Part shown: positions 29,378-39,000 of the stretch, piece by piece | How the letters are laid out: each line of letters starts with the position of its first letter | Position numbering within the stretch: position 1 is the stretch's first letter | Assembly: GCA_965223905.1 (NCBI GenBank) | Contig: CBDCXV010000002.1 | Location: 64,001-128,000 of the forward strand | Direction: 5' to 3' | Source of the DNA: Candidatus Latescibacterota bacterium | GTDB lineage: Bacteria > Latescibacterota > UBA2968 > UBA8231 | DNA length: 64,000 nt | Notes under the pieces: generated by a model | What the model was told of the DNA's origin: nothing | Databases searched by the model: none | Seen by the model: the letters and a program-made list of their open reading frames with translations, nothing else | Made by a program: the position numbers and the translations under genes

Positions 29378-29381
29378 GTAA

Positions 29382-32351
29382 ATGGCGAAACGGAAATCGA
29401 CTAAGACCGTTGAAAGTCTCCGGCACCAGGAGGCATCGCGGAAGAACATCCCCACGGCCGAGTATCAGGCGGTGATGGCGGAGGACGACCGCAATCCGAT
29501 CGAGGTCGCGTACGAGCGGCGCAACCCGGACCTCGACCCGCAGCTTGTCTGGCGCGGCAAGGACGAGCAGAACTGGTCGGACTTGGTGGTGCAGGCGCCG
29601 CCGTTGTTCATCCAGGAGAAGGTCCAACCGAAGGTGCTGATCGACGATCTTCGGCAGCGGACCAAGGAGACGGAGGCGGAGCAGGGGAACGGGGACGGCA
29701 CCCAGGCCGACCTGTTCGCCGATTTCAACGGGCTGCCGAGCGCGGACGCCCAGACGGAGTTCTACCAGCACGACGCCAACTGGTCGAACCGGATGATTCT
29801 CGGGGACAGCCTGCAGGTGATGGCGTCGCTGGCGGAGCGGGAGGGGCTGCGCGGCAAGGTGCAGTGCATCTACATCGACCCGCCCTACGGCATCAAGTTC
29901 AACTCCAACTTCCAGTGGTCAACGACCAGCCGCGACGTCAAGGACGGCAACGCCGGGCACATTACCCGCGAGCCGGAGCAGGTGAAGGCGTTCCGGGATA
30001 CGTGGCGGGACGGGATTCATTCGTACCTGACGTATCTGCGAGATCGGCTGACGGTGGCGCGGGACTTACTGACCGAAGGCGGCAGTATCTTTGTGCAGAT
30101 CGGGGATGAGAATGTGCACCGGGTGCGAGCGGCCTTGGACGAAGTTTTCGGAGACGAGAACTTCGTGTCGTTCATTACGGTGGTCAAGACGACCGGGGCG
30201 GGAAGCCCCGCAATTGGAACAAAGGTTCTAGCGTCGGTGAACGACTATGTGGCTTGGTATGCAAAGGACAAGCGACAAATAAAATATCGTCAAATCTATG
30301 AAGAACGAACCTTTGGCGGTGAGGGATCAACCCAATACAATTTGATCGAGGCCGAAGATGGTCTTGCTGTCCGCTCAATGACCAAGGAAGAAAAGGAAAA
30401 CCCGGCACTAACTCCACAAGGATGGCGGATACTTGCGCATGATAACTTCACCTCTCAAACTGGCGCTGAAACAACCCAGCAGCCGGTTGAATGGCAAGGA
30501 AGATCATATCGTCCGGGAAAGGGTGGCTGGAAAACCAACGTTCTTGGCTCATCCAGGCTGAACAAGGCAACTCGACTGCTCCCTATTGGCAATACCTTGC
30601 GCTACCGGCGGCGTTTGGATGACTTCGGGCACATCCCGATCAACAATTTCTGGATGAAATTTCGAACGAGTGGGTTTTCAGACCCGAAAGTGTATGTTGT
30701 TCAAACGAACCCAGGCATCGTCGAGCGTTGCATCCTGATGGCCACCGACCCCGGCGATCTCGTCCTCGACCCCACCTGCGGTTCCGGCACCACCGCCTAC
30801 GTCGCCGAGCAGTGGGGCCGCCGCTGGATCACCATCGACACCTCCCGCGTCGCCCTCGCGCTGGCCCGCGCCCGCATCATGGGCGCCCGCTATCCCTACT
30901 ACCTGCTCGCCGACAGCCGCGGCGGCCAGATCAAAGAAGCCGCGCTCGCCCGCAAGGCCCCCTCGGAAGCGCCCACGTACAACGACATCCGCCAGGGCTT
31001 CGTGTACGAGCGCGTGCCCCACATCACCCTGAAGTCCATCGCCAACAACGCCGAGATCGACGTGATCTGGGAGAAATTCCAGGAAACGCTGGAGCCGCTG
31101 CGGGCGGAGCTGAACGCCGCGCTCAACCGCTCCTATGAAGAATGGGAGATTCCCCGCGAGCCGGGCGACCCCTGGTCCGCCAAGGCCACCGAGGCGTGGG
31201 ACAAGCTCCAGGCCGCTCGCACGGACACCGAGAAATCCGCAGCGCTGCGCGTGTTGAACAAGGAGCTGGGCCGGAAGTACGCGCTGGAGGACGTGCCCGG
31301 CAGGCCCCGCGATCCGTGGGAACCCGGCGCGACTGATCTGCACCGCCGCTGGTGGGAACAGCGCATCGCCCGGCAGAAGGAGATCGACGCCTCCATCGCC
31401 GCCAAGGCGGACTACGAATACCTCCACGACAAGCCCTACGAAGACAACAAGAAGGTCCGCGTCGCCGGCCCCTTTTCGGTGGAAAGCCTGTCGCCGCACC
31501 GCCTGCTCGGCGTCGACGAGAACGACGAGCTCATCGACAACATCGCCGAAGCCAGCCTCGGGTACGGCGAAAAGCAGGACTTCGCCGGGATGATCCTCGA
31601 CAACCTCAAGACCTCCGGCGTGCAGCAGGCGCACAAGGAGGACCGCATCGCCTTCTCCGGGATCAGACCCTGGCCCGGCGACCTCGTCTGCGCCGAGGGA
31701 ACCTACGTCGAAGGCAACGGCGACTCCGCCCCCCAGAGACGCGCCGGCATCTTCATCGGCCCGGAGTTCGGCACCGTCTCCCGCCCCGATCTCGTGTCCG
31801 CGGTGCGCGAAGCCGCCGACGCCGACTTCGACGTGCTGGTCGCCTGCGCCTTCAACTACGACGCCCATGCCTCGGAGTTCAGCAAACTCGGCCGCGTCCC
31901 GGTCCTCAAGGCGCGCATGAACGCCGACCTCCACATGGCCGACGAACTCAAGAACACCGGCAAGGGCAACCTCTTCGTCATCTTCGGCGAACCGGACATC
32001 GACCTCCTCGACGCCGGGGACGAACAGATCCAGGTCAAGGTCAACGGCGTCGACGTGTTCCACCCCAACACCGGCGAGATCCGCAGCGACAGCGCCGACG
32101 GCATCGCCTGCTGGTTCGTCGACAGCGACTACAACGAGGAGAGCTTCTTCGTCCGCCACGCCTACTTCCTCGGCGCCAACGATCCCTACAAGGCGCTGCG
32201 GACGACGCTGAAGGCCGAGATCAACCAGGAAGCCTGGGAGACCCTGCACAGCGACATCTCCCGGCCTTTCTCCAAGCCGGCGTCGGGCCGGATTGGGGTG
32301 AAGGTGATAAACCACTTGGGGGACGAAGTGATGAAGGTGTTTCGGGTGTGA
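29382..32351 (+). CDS. type III-like adenine DNA methyltransferase (Mod)
   Basis: NRMILGDSL, IYIDPPYG, VLDPTCGSGTT; AT-richer TRD at about 30190-30710. Confidence 0.93.
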   Translation: MAKRKSTKTVESLRHQEASRKNIPTAEYQAVMAEDDRNPIEVAYERRNPDLDPQLVWRGKDEQNWSDLVVQAPPLFIQEKVQPKVLIDDLRQRTKETEAEQGNGDGTQADLFADFNGLPSADAQTEFYQHDANWSNRMILGDSLQVMASLAEREGLRGKVQCIYIDPPYGIKFNSNFQWSTTSRDVKDGNAGHITREPEQVKAFRDTWRDGIHSYLTYLRDRLTVARDLLTEGGSIFVQIGDENVHRVRAALDEVFGDENFVSFITVVKTTGAGSPAIGTKVLASVNDYVAWYAKDKRQIKYRQIYEERTFGGEGSTQYNLIEAEDGLAVRSMTKEEKENPALTPQGWRILAHDNFTSQTGAETTQQPVEWQGRSYRPGKGGWKTNVLGSSRLNKATRLLPIGNTLRYRRRLDDFGHIPINNFWMKFRTSGFSDPKVYVVQTNPGIVERCILMATDPGDLVLDPTCGSGTTAYVAEQWGRRWITIDTSRVALALARARIMGARYPYYLLADSRGGQIKEAALARKAPSEAPTYNDIRQGFVYERVPHITLKSIANNAEIDVIWEKFQETLEPLRAELNAALNRSYEEWEIPREPGDPWSAKATEAWDKLQAARTDTEKSAALRVLNKELGRKYALEDVPGRPRDPWEPGATDLHRRWWEQRIARQKEIDASIAAKADYEYLHDKPYEDNKKVRVAGPFSVESLSPHRLLGVDENDELIDNIAEASLGYGEKQDFAGMILDNLKTSGVQQAHKEDRIAFSGIRPWPGDLVCAEGTYVEGNGDSAPQRRAGIFIGPEFGTVSRPDLVSAVREAADADFDVLVACAFNYDAHASEFSKLGRVPVLKARMNADLHMADELKNTGKGNLFVIFGEPDIDLLDAGDEQIQVKVNGVDVFHPNTGEIRSDSADGIACWFVDSDYNEESFFVRHAYFLGANDPYKALRTTLKAEINQEAWETLHSDISRPFSKPASGRIGVKVINHLGDEVMKVFRV

Positions 32352-32364
32352 GGGCGCATACTTG

Positions 32365-32853
32365 ATGAAACCACGTGTATACATCGAAACAACGGTCATC
32401 AGCTATCTGGCCGCCCGTCCTGCGCGTGACGTAGTCGTTGCCGGACATCAGCAGAGTACCCACGACTGGTGGGCGACTGCGCCGGAAAGGTTCGAGTTGG
32501 TCATCTCCGAGTTGGTCCGCCAAGAGGCAGGGACCGGGGATCCTGACGCAGTTCGAGCCCGGCTCTCCGTGCTCACTTCACTTGCGCCGCTTGACGCAAC
32601 TGCGGAAGCGCAGGAATTAGCCGAGAGGCTGATGAGTGCCGGGGCCGTGCCCGAGGAGGCAATGCGAGACGCCGCGCACATTGGTATCGCCGCGGCCAAC
32701 GGTGTCGAATACCTCGTCACTTGGAATTTCCGCCACATCGCCAACGCCGTGACAAGGCCGCGGATTGAGTTTGTATGTCGGCAAGCTGGATTCGAATCTC
32801 CCGTAATCTGCACTCCTGAAGAACTGCTGGAGGACATCAACGATGAGAAATGA
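32365..32853 (+). CDS. PIN-domain (VapC-like) toxin
   Basis: VYIETTVISY, DAAHIGIA, YLVTWNFRHIAN, ICTPEEL. Confidence 0.88.
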   Translation: MKPRVYIETTVISYLAARPARDVVVAGHQQSTHDWWATAPERFELVISELVRQEAGTGDPDAVRARLSVLTSLAPLDATAEAQELAERLMSAGAVPEEAMRDAAHIGIAAANGVEYLVTWNFRHIANAVTRPRIEFVCRQAGFESPVICTPEELLEDINDEK

Positions 32854-33034
32854 CCCTATCGTGGCTGAAGTCCGCGAAATACGGAACGAACTTGCCGCTC
32901 AGTGCGGTTACGACCTCAAGGAGATCTTCCGAAGTGTCCGGGAACAACAGGCCAATTCGGGCCTGGAATACGTGCGCTACCCGGCCCGACGGGTGGTTCC
33001 AACGGAAGGCGCGCAAGCGCCGGATCCAGATTGA
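32843..33034 (+). CDS. small partner protein of the PIN toxin (putative antitoxin)
   Basis: MRNDPIVAEVREIR..CGYDL, overlapping the PIN gene stop. Confidence 0.7.
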   Translation: MRNDPIVAEVREIRNELAAQCGYDLKEIFRSVREQQANSGLEYVRYPARRVVPTEGAQAPDPD

Positions 33035-33039
33035 AAGCC

Positions 33040-35331
33040 TTACACCCCCACCCTGAACTCCCCCCCGCCCGCCGGCACCACAGCTGAGGCGAAGGCACAG
33101 CCGCCCTCCCGCGGAAAGGCGACCCTGACGCGGCAGGGGTAGTCCCAGTCGGTCGCCACCCTGCCGTCGGCCTCTCCCTCTCCGGGGCGCCACTCGACGA
33201 CCTCCGCCCCACCGCCCGAGAAGCTGAGATCGGTGCCGGCCAGCACGGGCCCGTCGCCCCGCCAGGGGGCGATCCGCAGCAGCCGGCTGGCGTGCGGGGC
33301 AACGAGGCCGAGGTCGATGCTCTCGCCGGCGGCGGCCACCCCGATCGCTGCATCGGTGAAGAACTCCGTAACCAGGAAGCGGTCGGCCTGCAGCCCGCCT
33401 ACGACCTCCCCGGCAAGGCTCGCCTGCATCCGTTGCGGGGCGTCGCTCCAGTTTATAAGGGCGAGGGTGTTCCACGGTTCGAGGCCGCGGCACCGGGGCG
33501 TCACCCGGGTGACGAGCTGCGACGGGGCCACCGGCTCGAACGGGTCGAGCGGCACCGCGGGGGATCCGATCGAAGGAATGGCGTGGCGCAGCAGGGCGCG
33601 CCGGTCCTCGTCGAGATGGCGGAACGCCTCTCCCAGGCAGATGAGCTGGCCGCCGAGGTACTGGTTCAGAACCACGGTCCGCGCCTCGTCGTCGCTCAAC
33701 CTGCCGAGGGTGTAGGAGCCCATGGCCCCCTCGACCAGCGGCTCTTCTCGCCTCCGCAGCAGCATGGCGTCCGGGTCGACGTGCCAGAGCCGGTGCATCC
33801 AGGTGCGCAGCAGGTTCTGCTTGATGCGCGGCTTCATGACCTCCCACCAGCCGCGCACGTCGCTGCCGCTGCGCTGGGCGTCGGCCAGTCCGAGCGAGCC
33901 GCCGAAGTGCCCGCCGCAGACGCAGAGGTAGGCGCCCGGGCCGGCGCCGCGTCGGATCGCCTCCAGGCCGCGGCGATAGGCCTCGAGCCGCGTCGCCGAC
34001 GGGTCGCGGAAGCGGATGCCGGGGTTGTTGAAGATGCCGCGCATGAAATCGAACTTGTGGTAGCGGTAGCCCCAGTCGCGGGTCAGGGTGCGGTAGAGGC
34101 GATCGAGGTGGCCGCAGGCACCGGGGGCGGTGGTGTCGAGGACGTAGCCGTTCATGTACTCGTAGCGCTCTCCGTCCGCGGTCGTCGCCATCCAGTCGGG
34201 ATGTTCCCTGGCCAGCGGCGACTCCGGGTGGACGGTGTAGGGCGCCGTCCACAGCGCCGGGCCGTACCCCAAATCCGCGATTCGCGCGGCAGCCGCCTTC
34301 ATGCCGCCCGGCCACCTTTCCGGGTCGGGCTCCCAGTCCCCACGGGACCGCTCCCAGCCCCCGTCGATCAGGAAGAAATCCATCGGCACGCGCCGGGCCG
34401 CGAGATCGGCTATGTCCTGATCGAACAGCTCTTCGCTGTAGGATTCGCCGTACGCCGAGAAGGAGCACCATACCGCCGGCGGCGAGGGGGCCGGGGCGAC
34501 GTCGTGGTAGACGCCGACGCGGTCGGCGAATTCCGCGATCAGCCGGTTGGTTTCGCCGGCGGCGATCAGCAGCCACTGGCTCGCGCGCTGTTCGCCCGGC
34601 TTCACCTCCACGCCGTCGAGCTCGCATTCAGCAGTGAGCTGCTCCAGCCGGACGCCGCCCTCCTCTTCGTCGGCGAACTGCAGCAGGATGCGGGCCAGGT
34701 GCCCGGTCTGGCTGAGGTAGCCGATCAGCAGCGCCGCAGCCGCGCCCTCCCCCCGGGGGCGCAGCATGCAGAAGGGATCGGCGCGGATCAGGGTGGTCCC
34801 CTCGCCGGCCTCGGGGAGCGCCTCCCCCGTGGGGCCGACCGGTTTGACCGCCATCTCCAGATCGGCGTCGCCGACCCCGGGGCGGAAGGAGGTGGGGCCG
34901 TCGTTCTTGAAGCGCTTCTGCACGAGGACGTCCCAGCCCCCGGCGCCGCGGCCCGCCAGCAGCAGGCTCTCCGGTCCGTCGCATTGCAGCGGCATCAGCG
35001 CCCGCAGCCGGACCGGGCGTCCGCCGCGGTTGACCAGGACCTGCCGGACCGCGGCCGAGTCCCCGGAATGCGCCAGCCACACCTCCCGCCGGAGCTCGTA
35101 CCCGGGAGCTTCGAAGCGGTCGGCGACGACTGCACCGGCGACCCCGGCGAGCTCGAGCGGCTCTTCCTGGCGGCCGGCGTGCCGCCATTCCCGGGTCGGG
35201 GCCGGTTCGGCCTGGGGCGATGTCCAGGTGCTGCGGATGCTGGCGACCTCGCCCTGCTCAAGGGCAGTCGCGGTCAGCCGCCACGGCGCTGCCGCGGCCG
35301 GAAGGTCGATCTCGATTCGAGCCGTGGTCAT
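33040..35331 (-). CDS. alpha-galactosidase-like glycoside hydrolase (GH36/melibiase)
   Basis: WCSF, FLIDGGW..GDW, WPGGMK, LWTAP, GYRYHKFDF, WHVDPD. Confidence 0.85.
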   Translation of the reverse strand: MTTARIEIDLPAAAAPWRLTATALEQGEVASIRSTWTSPQAEPAPTREWRHAGRQEEPLELAGVAGAVVADRFEAPGYELRREVWLAHSGDSAAVRQVLVNRGGRPVRLRALMPLQCDGPESLLLAGRGAGGWDVLVQKRFKNDGPTSFRPGVGDADLEMAVKPVGPTGEALPEAGEGTTLIRADPFCMLRPRGEGAAAALLIGYLSQTGHLARILLQFADEEEGGVRLEQLTAECELDGVEVKPGEQRASQWLLIAAGETNRLIAEFADRVGVYHDVAPAPSPPAVWCSFSAYGESYSEELFDQDIADLAARRVPMDFFLIDGGWERSRGDWEPDPERWPGGMKAAAARIADLGYGPALWTAPYTVHPESPLAREHPDWMATTADGERYEYMNGYVLDTTAPGACGHLDRLYRTLTRDWGYRYHKFDFMRGIFNNPGIRFRDPSATRLEAYRRGLEAIRRGAGPGAYLCVCGGHFGGSLGLADAQRSGSDVRGWWEVMKPRIKQNLLRTWMHRLWHVDPDAMLLRRREEPLVEGAMGSYTLGRLSDDEARTVVLNQYLGGQLICLGEAFRHLDEDRRALLRHAIPSIGSPAVPLDPFEPVAPSQLVTRVTPRCRGLEPWNTLALINWSDAPQRMQASLAGEVVGGLQADRFLVTEFFTDAAIGVAAAGESIDLGLVAPHASRLLRIAPWRGDGPVLAGTDLSFSGGGAEVVEWRPGEGEADGRVATDWDYPCRVRVAFPREGGCAFASAVVPAGGGEFRVGV

Positions 35332-35559
35332 GGGAACCGGGGCGGCCTTTTCACCGCATCGCGCAAGCCGCTGATGCTGCGAAACCCCACCAGCATGCGC
35401 TCATCGTCGACGGCCGCCATCCGCCTGCACTCTGGGCGAGCGGGGAAACGGGAAATTCCAACGGATGATGCCATCCGCTTCCTCCGGGTCAATCCATTCT
35501 TCCTTTCCTTCATACCGGGAAGTTGCCGCCGCGAGGGCTCGGCGACTTCGGCTGGAGAT

Positions 35560-35619
35560 CTCGTGTCGCGTCCCAGGAATTCCTTGCAATTTTTCAAGTT
35601 ATCCGTGGGACGCGACTAG
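35560..35619. repeat. 60-bp inverted-repeat element (MITE-like)
   Basis: GTCGCGTCCCA ... TGGGACGCGAC, ending in the CTAG shared with the adjacent IS630 remnant. Confidence 0.6.
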
Positions 35620-35864
35620 TGTATAGTCTCAGAGATAGCTATCATAATTCGAAGTTCTGGTGATCAGACTCGAAAGCAATTGGCCATAGTCTCAGCGGCG
35701 ATTCGATGCGGTTCCTTCGCCAAAATGAAGAAATTGGTCCGTCGAATTGAGCGATTTGCAGACCACTGGGACCAAAACGCTCGCTCCTTTGTCTGGAGGC
35801 CCACCGCAGAATCCGGGTAAAGATCAAACGACTTAATTCAGGAATCTCTGCGACGAGACACTAG
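35616..35864 (+). mobile_element. internally deleted IS630-family element with both terminal inverted repeats
   Basis: TIRs CTAGTGTATAGTCTCAGAGAT / ATCTCTGCGACGAGACACTAG match at 18/21; internal remnant AIRCGSF..LVRRIERFADHWDQNARSFVWRPTAES/KIKRLNSGISATRH* is the IS630 transposase C-terminus. Confidence 0.85.
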
Positions 35865-35909
35865 CCCGGGGTTCAGAACTTCCCTGCTTGCCGGCGGCGC
35901 TGCACCTCA

Positions 35910-35985
35910 ACAGCCCGTTGAAAACGTCCATCCGGGCTGCGGCCTGCCCTTGCGGCCTCGCCTGCAGAGCAACTTAACGGGCTGT
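35910..35985. repeat. short palindromic element (REP/IS-end-like)
   Basis: ACAGCCCGTT(GAAAA) ... AACGGGCTGT, a 10-bp perfect inverted repeat. Confidence 0.45.
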
Positions 35986-36045
35986 CAGGGCAACCCCTTC
36001 AACCTCCGGGCCCCGTCAATGGTCCCCCAACAGGAGGTTCGAGAC

Positions 36046-39000
36046 ATGAACAGATCGCGCACCCGGCTTCTCATCGCCGTTCTGGCCGGCCTTGGTTCGG
36101 GGCTCTGGGCGGATGAGCCGCCCCCCGAGCTCCACGACGGCGCCTACCTGCACGAAATCAGGACGGAAATCGAAACCCCCCACGTAAAGTGGCTCAAGCC
36201 CGGCGCCGGGCCTGCTCCGAAGGTCCTGTTCCTGGTCCACAGGGTGTGGGGAAATTCAACCGCCATGCGCTCTCGCGACGTGGTGGAAATATGGCAGCGC
36301 ATGGACCTCGAATACGAAGCTTTCGTCTTCATAACCAACGAGAGTGAACGCGACCGCTGGGAATACAACATCGCCGGTTCGAGCACCGGGGAGAAGAGGG
36401 AGGAGGCCATCCGCAAGCTCAAGGACGACTACGATGCCATCGTGCTCATCGACTTCGTCGTGGGCTGGCTGCCCGAAGAGGCTCAGAACCTGCTGCGCAG
36501 CAAGGTGCAGGCCGGATGCGGCCTGGTCCTGGCCAACAAAAGCGACGACTTCCCCTGGCCCCTGGAAGCGATCCCCGACAGCACCGGCTTCATGGAGGGC
36601 GTACCGCTCACGCAGATTCCCGCGTACGGGGGAGAGGCGCGGGCAATGGGGGAAGAGGTGCCCTCCTGGGAGGAGGTCGCGCCCGCGGTCGGACAGGCCT
36701 ACAGGTTCGGCCAGGGCCGGGTGGCCCGGATCAACCCCGGGCGCTACGGCGTCGACCCGGAGGACGAGACGCACCTGGAATACGGCTGTTCCCTCTACAT
36801 CCGCGCGCTGCAGTGGGTCGTACCCGGCCTGAAGCCGGCCTTTGCCTGGAATGATCTTCCCGAGGGGGCCGTGATTCCGCGGGCGGACCTGCCGCTGGAC
36901 GGGCTGCCCCTCACCGTCCACTCGACCCTGCCGCAGTCCGCGTCGGTCCGTCTCGACATGGCCATCCGCAACCGGTTCAACGAGGTGGAACACGAAAGCT
37001 GGTCGGAGCCGACCCTCGAACCGGGCGACAACGCCCTCGAGTACGCTCTGCCCCTGCTTCCCGCGGGCCGCCATTTCCTCGACCTGTGGGTCCGCTCCGC
37101 CAACGGCATCGAGCAGTACGGCAGCGTGGGTCTGACAGTGAGCTCGCCGGTGCGTATCGACAGCATCGTCTTCGATTCGCCGTTCCACCGGCTGGGAGAC
37201 GAGCACGCCGACGTGTCGGTTGCGCTGACCTCCTCGCTGGCCGAGGCGGCCGAGGTGCGCCTTACCGCGACCGACACCTATGGCCGGCTCATCGCCGACG
37301 TGACGGCGCCGGTTGCGGCCGGGGCGGCCGCGGTCGCGGTGCGGCTGCCGCTTTCGCTCACCGTTGCCATGGCTCAATGGGTTCGAGCAGAGCTTCGCAG
37401 GGATGGCCAGGTGCTGGACATGGACCAGGAGCTGCTCATCGTGGGGCGCAGCGGACCGCCGGAGTATCCCTCCATACTCTGGAACGGAACCGAAGGCGGG
37501 CTCCACGGTCTCCGGCAACTCCGCCGCCAGCGCCAGGCGGGTTTCAACCTGTGTTTGAGCCACGTCGATTTCCAGGGGAACACGGCTCGCACAGCAGCCC
37601 TGGCCGACATGCAGATGTTCATCTACGCGACTCACGTATCGTCGGTGTCCGATGGCGTGGAGGGCAAGGCCACCAACCCCGAGTACATGCGCACGTGGAA
37701 GGAGAAAGTGCTCGCGCGGACCCGGCACACCGCGCCCTACACCCCGTACGTGTACTCGCTGGGAGACGAATGTCACGCCGGCGGTGCGGAGCAGCCGTTT
37801 GCGCCCTCCGACGTGGCGGCTTTCCGGGAGTTTCTCAAGACCCGGTACCGCGACCTGGCCGATCTGAACCAGGTCTGGGGCACGGCCTATGCCTCCTTCG
37901 ACGAGATCGAGCCGGTGGACTGGGACATGGCCGAGGGCGCGGCGTTCCATCCGCAGAAACACGAGCGCGCCTCTTTCGTGGAAATGCTCTACGCGTGGAT
38001 GATGCACGAGATGGACGCGGCCCTGACCCGGATGGATCCCACCGCCCGGGTCGGCGCCGAAGGCTCACGGCCCGGCGACCTGGAGCTGACCTTGGAAGGG
38101 CTGGAAGTGTGGGGGCCGTACGCCGACCGGCGCTTCGACGTACTGCTGACCTCCCTGGCTCCCAGGGACCTGGTGCAGGGCATGTGGTGGGGAGGGTACC
38201 ACACCGGCAGCTTACCCCGGTGGAAGCGCATAGACAGGTTGTGGACCATGATCCTGGAGGGGGTGTGCAACACCAACTACTTCTTCGACGGCCTCACGGG
38301 TCATCACGAGGGCAACGCCAGCCCGGATCTGAGCTGGGCCGGCTACTTCGAGCGCAACATCCCGGAACTGCGCACGATCTACGAGGGGCCGGGGCCCCTG
38401 CTCTCGGCGGCCGGGATCCACGACAATGGCGTCGCCCTGCTGTGGTCTCAGGCCTCGGAGCATGCCGGGGGATTCTACGATGCCCATTGGAAATGGATCC
38501 CCTCCGGGCTGATGCCGTTTCCGCCGAGTCCGGACGAAATGAAAGGCATGTTCGCGCCGCTGGATGCCAGCGGGGTCAACTATCGCTTCATCACCGACCG
38601 TCAACTGGTCCGCGACGGGTTGAGCCCCGGCGAGGTCAAGCTGCTCCTGCTGCCCATGACCACGGCGGTCTCCCGCGCCGTCGCCGCGGAGCTCGAAAGC
38701 TATGTCGAACAGGGCGGAGTTCTGTTGTCGGTGGGCTCGTCAGGCCTGATGGACGAGCACTGCCGCATCCTGGAACGCGGCCGGCTCGACAGCCTGCTCG
38801 GCCTTCGGCGCGCGGGCCCCGCGGAGGCCGCGGAGGTCGGCTTCTCCGGCCGCTTCGACCTGCTTGGCACCCCGCTCGAGGTCGAGGTTCCCGGTATGAT
38901 CGCCGACGCCTCGCTGCGGCCCGACGGGGCGGCCGCGGTGGTCTCTGCCGGGGAGGTGCCGCTGTTGCTGGTCAAGGAGGTGGGCAAGGGCGCTGCCGTG

